Shown piece after piece: positions 27,068 to 38,500 of a stretch of DNA of 64,000 nucleotides. The notes under the pieces were generated by a model. That model worked only from the letters and a program-made list of their open reading frames with translations. It made no database searches and was not told the origin of the DNA. The stretch lies in NCBI GenBank assembly GCA_964106915.2, contig OZ066915.1. One strand, given 5' to 3'. Position 1 is the stretch's first letter; every line of letters begins with the position of its first letter. This DNA comes from Podarcis gaigeae (Eukaryota). Both the position numbers and the translations under genes were made by a program.

Positions 27068-30000
27068 TATACCCCGCCCATCTGGTTGGGTTTCCCCAGC
27101 CCCTCTGGGTGGCTCCCAACAGAATATTAAAAACACGATAAAACATCAAACATTAAAAACCTCCCTAAACAGGGCTGCCTTCAGATGTCTTCAAAAAGTC
27201 AGATAGTTGTTTCCTTGACATCTGATCTCTGGCTATCTTTGGAAGCATGCGGGAAAACTTGTCCAGTTTCTACCAGAACAAAATGTTTTTCTTTTACATA
27301 AAAGCAGGAAAGCAAAATAGGTCGGCTACATCAAAAGACCTTCACTGGAGGAAAAATACCATTTCGAAAGTGTGTAGTTTTTTAAAAAATAAATAAATAA
27401 ATAATCATTATAGTATATTCTAAGAAGGGCCATGTCCCATTGAATTTAACATAATTTAGTTCTGAGCAGACATGGTTAGGAATGCTGCTTAAATTATATG
27501 TTTACATTTTATTGTGCCCTTTTAAACGTGAATCCTCAGCTGTCAGAACATTCACTTTGTATAGGGAAAAATGAAGTTGTACCAGAAGACTATTGTAGCC
27601 GCAAAGTCTAACACAAAAGGCTTTAATATAGGTATTGGTTTAAGACGTAATAAGGGTGAAATATTTTTATTGCTGCCAATCCATGTGAACACTTACACCT
27701 TCTAGAAGAGTGGCAGGAGCACTGCATGCTCCTTTCAGAGTCTGCTGAAGGAATTCCTCCTGGTTAGAAATTTTATCTTTGATGCCTAAAAGGGGGAAAA
27801 AATGTTGTTCAGTATTTACTCTTCCTATCTTGTAATAACGTAGCACATTTATGTTGAGGAAAGTCAACAGCAGGCCCCATGTCCAATCCTAAGAATATTT
27901 GCAACTTTTGTATTGCTCAGCAGCAGAACTTGAAGTTAGTAACATTTTTTGTGTGTGATCTCAACCATCATTTTCCTAGAGGTCAAGCAGAGGAATTGAA
28001 CTATCTCAAGCACAGAGACAGATATGAATGGGTCCAACAGGTACATTAACAAATAGCCAAGTGAAAACAAATTCATCTACAGCTGTTTCAGCCAAGTGAT
28101 GATAGGGCAGCTGTAATCGACACAAAGCGATTCTTAGTAGAAGTCTATGGACAGCTGAGAACAGAAGATTATGCAAAAATCTTAAAACAGGGCTTTGTCT
28201 CCTGCAATACATATCACCTGTAGGAGGTTTACTTTATTGAAACATTCTTCTCCCCATGGTGGACTGTTACCTTCAGGCACTTTGAGAGTCTTCTTGTTCT
28301 GCTCACACCACCCAATTGGATGCAAGTCAGCTGTCATGATGTCAAACCAAAAGTCTGCCTTCCTGTCCTCTCCATACCCATCATATCGCAATAGCAGTAA
28401 TGGCCCACAAGTGGTAATGATTGTAGCAATCCAGTATGTATCAGGGCCAGGTTTGACAGCAACCTCTAGTTTCATGCCTGGTGCAAAGCCATTTTGCAGG
28501 CTTGTGTCCACCTAAAAAGAGAGAGCAAGCAACACATCAATGCATGGCTCCATGGTTGCAATTTGATCACTTAATTTTAAAAACATTTTGCATGGATCTG
28601 GAACAACTTTTTTAAAAAAACACAATGATGTAGAAACCAAGGAACAAACTTTTTTTGGATTTGCTTTTGGTCAATGAAGAACCAACTGACAATGGGGTAC
28701 CTTGGGAAAAATTGGCCACAAAATCTGGACACAATGATAAATGGCAAAGCAGAAGTAACATTAACTTATTTCAGAAGATTTTATCTCAACACCCAAAGGT
28801 AAGCTAATGCAGCTAGAAAACACCAATGACATGAGTGGGCAATTAAAAATAATAATTCTAAAATATCCATCGTGTGCTATCCAAACTCAGGAGAACAGAT
28901 TAAATTTAACAGACCAATAAGGATGCAGAAAAAGCTTTTTAGTGATCTGGTGACCAAGTGAAAATTGTATAAAATGGATAGAAAGGTGTTACTAAGGATT
29001 GGTAACAAAGGAATCTGCTTCTCAAGACAAAACCAAACAAATGTGGATTAGGAAGGAACATCAGAAATAAGGAGTTTCAAACCTATCCCAAGAGAAAGGT
29101 GATTAAGGTTAGATGACAAACATAACTGGTGACTTAGAAGGCAACTGTGGAAAATTGTCAGAAAAATTCAAGCCTGCAGTTTATGATGAAAACCTATCAG
29201 TCCTTGAGTTTAGACATTGCATAAAAAGTAAAGGAGACTGAGAAGAGTAATTTACATCCTATAATAAAGCAGGACAATGTTAAAAACAACAACACCCCAC
29301 CTTAAACCTACAGCCAATAAATACATAGCATAGCAGACCATATTACACAATTTGATTTATAAGCATGCAGCAGATAATATGTTGCTTAAAGCCAAAGTGA
29401 ATTAATTTTAAATGATCATATCACACGAGTTACTTTCCTCTTCAGCTGACGTTAACAAGGCCAATCATATGTACATAACCAGTCCCAGCACTTTAATCTC
29501 ATTTCTTGGGGGGGGGGGAAGAGTAGGAAGAAAAGAGAAGCTTTCCCATGCATTTCAGTGTCAAGCATTCACACCTCTCTCTTTGCATACAACATGTGTA
29601 ATAAGGAAGCCATTATTAACTAAATTTGATTCCATTACTGGGTTAAATAACAGAACAGTAATAGAATATAAAATTCTGACACTTTTGAGTTTGGCATAAA
29701 AACTTCAATGTTTTCTCAGCACAAAATATAACCCCCCTTTCCTTACCAGACAACCCCTTTTCGAAATCCTATTTTTATTTATCTGTGTGCCACAGTACAA
29801 CATACCACCACATGATCACCCCCAACTTGAATTAAAATTTTACACTTGTAAATCCTACTTCTGTATAGTAAAGAAAAATTGCTATGCACTGATCCTTAAC
29901 AGGATAGCAAGTTCAATAAAATAACTATTTGCATCAGGAGTAAAAACAGCATGTAATCCTCTCCCCAAAACAGAACCGAAGCTGGTGTCCCTTTCCATTA

Positions 30001-33000
30001 GATAAGCAAATGAAATTACTTTGCAGCATGTCATATGTATCAGGTTAGCTTCAAACCCATTCTACTGTTGTATTTTACACTGCGTTAAAGGAGAAGTGTG
30101 CCTGCTAACATATATTGCCCTCCCCTTCTTTCCTGCAAGCATGGCATGAGATGCATCAAGCAGTTGAGGCAGAATCTGTTTCCTAATATGTCACCCACAA
30201 CAATGCAAGAAAGGAAAGAGAGAATGAATCCCTTTCTTCTGAGGACATCTATGTGGCAAACATGGTAGGAACAACCAACAGCAAGAGAAAGAAATACAAG
30301 CAATTACAAGCACACTCAAAACAGGATTCACATCTTATTTGGTACAAATATTTACGGCTGGAATATTTGTGGATTAGAAACAAGATACAGTACTTATTAT
30401 AAACTTGTCACTCATGCTCAAACAGCACCCTCTTATGGCAGTCTGGTAGGATTGCAGTGGGATGAAGAGTGAAGGGAACTAATTTCGTTCTTTTTTATTT
30501 GTGAGGGCATTCACTATGAAAAAAATAGTTGCAGGTGACCAGCTGTCTAGGAATGCAGGCATCCAAAATATAATCTGTAGATGTGACTGCAGCAATTATA
30601 ATACTGATAGATTAATTACTTGGTAGATTTATAACTATTTAACTATTTATAACTATTTAAATATAGTTAATTAAGCACACCTCTTTCCCCTGGCTTCTAA
30701 TGGTTGCAAACTTCAGACCAGAAGACATATGTGAATAAGACTAAAAATAACTTCCTGATTTAAAGTGTGGTGATTTAGACAACTGTGTGTGTAGCTATTT
30801 ATCTATCTATCTGCATATTACTTTATAGTGACCATGTTCACATGTAATTGTAAATGAAGAAATGTGCTTAATAAACCATATTGTGCATAGTTACTCCCAT
30901 TTCACTCCTCCCCTAGAGGGAAGAGGCTTAATTCTGTACCAGGAAGCTTAATTTCACACCTGAGCTTAGGATCGTGGTGTCTTTCTCAACAAGCCATGAC
31001 TGTTAATCCGACTTGTTGTTGCCTTGCACATCAAGGCTTGCTAACTACAAACTACAATCCCAGGTTCAGATATTACACTAAGCACACACCCTCTCAGTTT
31101 GTATGTATGTTCATGCCGGGGGGGGGGGGGAGCAAAGCAGAAGCAATCAAGCTACATGCATCAGCACACAGCACATGCACAGTACTGTGGCTTATTAAAC
31201 TAAACTTATTGGCTTACTGTTAAGCAAGTGGAAAAGCAAATTGATTAAGGGAAAAAAATATCTTCAGAATACAGCCCTAAGAGAATTGCAACCCCAGTTG
31301 CATAGAAGACTGCAAAGGTATTACGTTAAGCCTGCCACAGGTTAATTACAGGGCAAGTATAGTTTGCACAGGTTCACAAAAGGCATTGATTTAGCCACAA
31401 GAGGGCAACCTTAGTTCTGTAAGGATGAAGCAAAAAGGTGCCAGTATAGATACTGAATAATTTGTGAACATGGAGAAACAGTGTTCCAATTTGGCTTAAA
31501 TCCTTGAAGCAGCAAAGGCTTTAAATCTGTAAAGCAACAGTTTAGCTGAGTAAAATTGCGAGTGATATCCCAGCTTGAACTTTGCCAACTTTAATTTTTT
31601 TTTAAGACTCCCTTGGATAGTCTGCAGTTGTGATGGACTTTTAAACAACAAAACGAAAGAGCAACCCAGCCAGAAACTGAAGTCAGAAGCTACTTCAGCA
31701 TACTTCCCAAGTGAAATATATTCAAATATTTACTACGAAAAGTAAAAAATAAAAAAAATAAAAATAAAATTTAAAAGGCCATGCCAAGAACAAAGCTCTA
31801 TATTGCTGGGCAACCACAGAATACTTACCTCTAGCTTTCTGCCCATTCTTCAACTCCCATCTTCCACAGGACTAAAGCCCTTTATTTATTAGTCTCTTCT
31901 GCAGACCCTTCTTTCAGGGATGACATGGGGCCACACCCATTTCCAAAACTTCTTTGAGTTTCAACAGCTTCTTTAAAAAAGCCCTGTCCCTGATACATGC
32001 TACTTCTGCTGAGCCACACATGGATGTCTCAGCAACTCTACAGGGCTTATTGCAGACTATGATGAGGAATTCATAAGGTATATGATAAACGTACAGTGGT
32101 ACCTTGGTTGTTGGACATAATCCGTTCCGGGAGTCTATTCGACTCCCAGAATGAAAACCAAGGTGCAGCTTCCAATTGGCTGCAGGAGCTTCCTGCACTC
32201 AATTGGAAGCTGCGCCAGATGCTCGGCTTCTGAAAAACTTATCGGTTTGCAGTGCTCGGGAGCTGATTTGTTTGGGAGCCAAGCTGTTTGACAACCAAGG
32301 TACCATTGTATGTGCCGACCAATATGGGGGCTCTTTTGTCCCAACAAGCTGCTTCCTTCTTCCACTACCCATTTTGAAACTGTCCAATCAAGAGCACCTA
32401 GAGAAGTAGGAACAAACCAAGCACTGTCCTAAAACCCAGCACTTTGCTCAAACACTTTTGCCGCCTATAATTTCCAAAAGCTACAATTAAAAAATATGAT
32501 AAATTTTATAGCAGCCAAACCAACTTAGGTGGGTTGAAACGACTGTGGAGGCTGCACTGACAATGAAGCTTTGCAAGTTCACTAAAGGAAAACAGTGGCA
32601 TACTAGATGAGGATGGACTAAAGTCACAAAGGCGTGAACTAGCTTTTAAAAAGTTTATTTCAGAATACAATCCATTAAAACAACAATAAAATTACTAAGC
32701 AACAGTTAATAACAGTAGCAATCAGGTTTCTCCTCCAAATACCTCCTTAAAGGTAAAGGGACCCCTGACCATTATGTCCAGTCATGGCCGACTCTGGGGT
32801 TGCAGCCCTCATCTTGCTTTATTGGCCGAGGGAGCCGGAGTACAGGTCATGTGGCCAACATGACCAAGCAGCTTCTGGTGAACCAGAGCAGCGCACGGAA
32901 ATGCCATTTACCTTCCCGCCGGAGTCGTACCTATTTATCTACTTGCACTTTGACGTGCTTTCGAACTGCTAGGTTGGCAGGAACAGGGACCGAGCAACAG

Positions 33001-35478
33001 GACCTCACCCCGTCACAGGAATTCGAACTGCCGACCTTCTGATCGGCAACTCCTAGGCTCTGCGGTTTAACCCATAGTGCCACCCACGTCCCAAATACCT
33101 CCTTAGAAAATGTTTAATTAAAAAAAATACATTTTTATGTTATAAAATCAAAATAGCAGCAAGAATATTTTACTAGGGAATACAGAAAACAGAGGAGAAA
33201 CGAAGGAATCTATATATAAAGGAATATTTTAAATGAAAGAAAAAATAATTATAGTTTTTACAATTATTCTTGGAAGGGGGTCCCTTTAAGAGTATCTGAT
33301 CAGTTTCTTCAGTATTATTTCTAAAGAGAAAGTGTTGACTATTATTTCATTATCTACTTTCCTCAGTGCACCTGAATCAAGTGGATGCTAACAAATTTCA
33401 TTGAATCAAGAGCTACCCGATTCACATGTCACAGATATAGGCTGCTGGTGGAGCCTGCCTGGGTTTTGTATATTTGTAGAGAAAAATAAAACCATGCTGT
33501 TTGACCATAAATGCATTGTGCCTACTTCATTTATAAGCCTTAGTTTATGAGCTAGCTTTTCCAATATTGCTATACAGTATGCCACACTTGATAATACCAT
33601 GTGTCTAATGTGGCTCCCAAGTGTCTAACGTGGCTCCCAATAACTCTTTCTAAGTCCTGGTTATAATCACCCAGCTGAAGTGAGCAAATTGCTTATTAGG
33701 TCCTTATTAATTAAACCCAAGTTATGTTCCATACAGAAGTTTAGGAAGGCGAACTGAGGTGTTACTTGAAGATTAGTATCCCCACCCCCCAGAAAACTAT
33801 GTTCCAGAAATCCTTACTTTTCTTACTGTCCCACCACATATGGAAATAAGTTCCAATTCAGGTGCAGTTCCTCCAGCATTTTATCTTCCATTTATTCTGT
33901 GCTGATACTGATTGGAAGGGTGATTTTATCCAGATGTCTCTCCAAGCCTAATTATCTGTTTGTATTTTAAAATCCTGTTCTCAGGCATCCTTTAAACCCT
34001 GTGTTATACATGTATCAATATTTATTAGAAGATATCTGGCACCTTCCTTAATAACTGTTCCCAAGCAGTTACCTGTCTGGCTGCAGATGTTTTTACAGCT
34101 GCTTTCGCTATGAATGATGAAATGTCATTCAAAATAACCATTTGTGATTTCTCGCAGAATGGTCACTACCAATTTCTTTGGTCAATGAAATATTATTTTT
34201 TATAAAAACTGCACATTCCGCAAAACTTTTCCACTTCCCAATCATTAATATACCATAAATATATCTTTATTATTAAAAGGAAGTGGTAAATCATGGGGAT
34301 CATAGGGGAATATGCTGGCATTAATACTGTCACCTTTACTAGATTTTAAAAACTGTTGATATAAATCTGCTTTTAATACACTGTATGTTCCTAAGTTTAG
34401 TTTTTGAAAATGGATGAACTTTTAAGGGAATTCTGTCTATCTCATACTGTTCTCAGTACACCCACTGTTTAGTGTCATCATCACTGATGTATAGGACCAG
34501 ATGTTTAAACTGATGTGTCTCATAATACAGGGTAATATTTGGGATTATACATTCACCATGCAAGGACTGCTTATATAACAATGGTCTTTTAAGCGAGGGT
34601 TTCTTATATTGAAATATATAGCATTTTAATTTTCTCTGCCATAGGCAGAGCTGTTCCAGAAGGATCCAAATGGGCAATTACTGAATCAGATATGTCACCA
34701 TCATTTCATAGCTTTTAGCTATGAGTCTATCCATCAATGAAAGTTTCTTCTGGCTAACACTGTATTTTGTAATTTTATACCAAATAGGGCCAAAATTTTG
34801 AAAAAAGAGGTTTGTTAAGGTTTTTGGATGCCAAAATATCTAAAATTATGATGGCATGTGGGGATATTTAATTATTTAAAAACAAATGTTTTGGTGCTTC
34901 AGGGCTCAATGAAAACTCAAACTCTGATTTCTTAGCATTTACTCAAGTCCTGCCACCATTTTAAATGCTTCTAATTCAGCAAGCAATGGTTACACGGCTT
35001 CTAGCGGTATCGCTGTGGTTATATCAATGCAATCGGTGTATAGTAAAATATATATATTAATGTCCCTTACCCTGCACTGTATTTAAATGTTTGGATGACC
35101 TTATACTTTTATTGCCACAGATCACTTCCTGGTGGCGAGCAAAATCCTTCTCCAGCCAAAGAGGGCCCACAAAGCAGAAAGGGTGGCCTCAAATAAACAC
35201 TGCCAGAGCAGCCATACCTAAACTTTGTGAATAGTTCTCTGATTCCGTTGAACACGCTCTACTGAACTGCCCCAGTGTCGAAGCAAGGTGGAACCACATC
35301 AAAGAGCCAAGCTATAACATGGCTGTGCCTTCTTTTGACAAGAGAGCAGCAGATCGCCCACTGGTTTGAAGCCAGCATTAAGGATTTAGAATAGAACCAT
35401 GTGTATCTTTTATCTTTGTTGGAAGCCGCCCAGAGTGGCTGGGGAAACCCAACCAGATGGACGGGGTACAAATAATAA

Positions 35479-35523
<45 letters not shown>

Positions 35524-38500
35524 TCTCCGGTAACAAGTCACTGTTCAGGGTGTCAGTGAAAAAGTGATGCAGATGGGGAACTAAAATATCTTTAAACTTT
35601 TTGTAAAATAACCCTGTACCTGGCGACTTGTTAAGCTGCCTAATATAGCTTCTACAGTCAAACCTCGGATCCCGAACACCTCCGTTTTGGAACATTTCAG
35701 CTCCTGAACGCCAAAAACCCGGAAGTAAATGCTCCAGTTTTCGAACGTTTTTCAGAAGCCAAATGTCCAATGCAGCTTCCGCTTGAGTGCAGGAAACTCC
35801 TGAAACCAATCAGAAGCTGTGCCTCGGTTGTCAAATGCTTCAGAAGCCGAACAAGCTTCTGGAACGGATTACGTTCCACAACTCAGGTTTGACTGTACGA
35901 CCTCAACCACTGTTATTTGCATATATAAGGAGCTACTAGTTTCTTATTCCAGCAGAGAAAGTGGCACAGAATGACTAGCGCTGGATACAACCTGTTGCCC
36001 GTATAGGGCATTTGTACCAACTGCAAGAGATCTTATTCCGCACCAAATCACAGAAGGACAAAGAATCAGTGGCCACTCTCTTTGAAAGTATGAACATTAG
36101 CCATTATTTGGATTGATCTCTAGCACCAACTGAAACACAAGGGCTGCCATGTAAGGCAAAGGACAGAAGCTCCCCACTAATGCCACATCCCCCTAATGGG
36201 ACTTGTGAAGACATTTCAGAAGGCCAAATATAGGAGCAAAAAAACTAAACAGCTGCATTTTGATTTCTCAAACATACGAAACCAAAAGAGCTTCTTCACA
36301 TTATGGCTCTCTGGGGATTAGAGCTCAAATAATGCATAAAAAAAGAGAGGAGAGGCTGACCAGATGCTCACTTACGTGTTTAAACGAGCCATGAGGTGCT
36401 GCTGTTGCTCCTGTATCTTCCAAATACTCCTCCCAATTGAATTCTGCTTCTTCCACACCTGATCCTGCATCTGTATTAAGCCAGAAAAAACACACAATAG
36501 CTTTTAGGAGAAACACCAGTTTGCTACTTTAAATTCCTTACTTGTGAAGGGGTTGCTTTGGAAATACACTAAATGAGTATATTAAAAAGCCAGATGGACA
36601 CCTTGTTTGTTAATACAGGTTTAGGGAACCTAATAAAACTATGCAAATATTCGGATGTATAATGCAACCAGAGATAAGGATGTCAACAAATTCCAGAATA
36701 CTGGGAGTGGGAGACTACTTAAGATTGTACAGAGTACAGTGAGAAATTTGACGCTACAGATGCCACCTGTCCTGATCCAAGCCACTTATGTTAGCAGCCA
36801 GTGTGAATTACTGAAGTCCCCATGTTGATTTGGTGTCCTTGACACCCAAGATGTACTGAAGGTACTTCGGTAAGAAAAACCACTTGAAGAGGTACAACAC
36901 GTATCAAAAGTAATTGGAATTCTGTGAAAAATAGGAACTATCTGCATGTTAAATTGGCTGAAAGCTCAGCCAAAAACACGGAACAGCAATCAAGAAAATG
37001 GCAGGAGGAAAAAAGAGAACATTACAGTAAAAGCTTAGGTGGTGGTCACTAAGCAACTTGCAAATACATGAGGAGAGGGCAGCAGCTCCTTCACAAACAC
37101 ATTTGATTTGTGACATGTCTGTAAGTAGTACACCCTTGATTTAATATGTGACAGGATCAATCCTTAAACAGATATATAGCTCACAAGGCCTGGCTGGGCT
37201 CTCTTTCCTTAACAGCTATATGTAACGCTCTCCACTCCAAAAGTAATGCCTCACGGATGAGTAGATGGGCTTCATTAGCTAAGCTCAGACTGACTATACA
37301 GTTGGTGTCAGATTTTGCAGTTACCATTTCAATTTGTGTAGCTAGTTTGCTCCCACCAAAGAATAACTTCTGTCATGATTTTAAATGCACATAGACACCT
37401 TATATACAGCAGGTGAGGTGTGTGCTGAGGTGTCTATATGGGAAAGATGGGTGGTACCAGTATTTTACAGCACAATCTTACAGCCCCACCTGCGCCCAGT
37501 AACAGAACTCAATTAAAAAAAAAAAAATACATTTAGTTATATGAAATCAGATCTGAATTTGAGAGATCATAAATTCCTGCTTTTGCTTATTCCTTTTGTT
37601 TTTGAGCCAACACACTAGTTCCCAATCAGTATTACACTAACATTCTGGATACCTGAATTGATTTCTATGGGGCGCCAATCACTTCCCCATTAGGGAAGAC
37701 CAACATAAAAGGCTTAAAAACAAGCCAAGAAGCTCCTTCTCTAAACAGAGGGAGTTTCACTCCAGACTTCTCTTTGTATAACTGGCTAGAGCTGCTTTCC
37801 TAAATGTCAGTCACTGCTATGATGTCATTCATTGGTTATCAACGCTGAGAAGACAGGAGTAGGCCAGCTTTTCACAAACAAATGAGACTGTATGTTTTGC
37901 TTCACCTCCATAAATGCTAGAAACATTTTGTTTAATGGAATCTGAGAGTCGTGGCTCATGTGGGTGGCAACTGCTCCCCCACAGACACCTACAGGGACCA
38001 GGTGGGCCTATGAGCATTCTCTAACATTACCCTGCACTGTGTGACTTCTCCTGCCCCTTTGAGCAACTTGTGCTCATAAAATAGTGACTGTTTTATGTAT
38101 AAGTGGGTCCTGCCTGGAGGTGTGTCTGAAGATTGGCAGGAGAGGTGCTGTTGTAGCTGTGCCACTGGGGTAGATGAAAGGTGGGGCCTTAGAGTCATCT
38201 TGTATGCCGCGTATGAGCATGCATAGCGCGTACCCCATCGTTGAGAGTTCATGCTTTGCTTCTGGGTTGGTATGAAGTGGGCATCATTGCCAGCATAGGC
38301 ATTGATGGGTGGGCTATGGCGGCATTTCCAGAGACAATGAATGTTTCTCGCTTTTATGCTTTTTTGTACTTTCTCATTGTGTGTCTCCCCCTCTCCTCCT
38401 GGGCTGAGCATACGTTGGAAACTGCACAGCTGATGTAGCAGTAGCGTATCCCCTGTCCTGACATAATGAGAGTATAGGATTGCTCTGTTAGTACATAACC

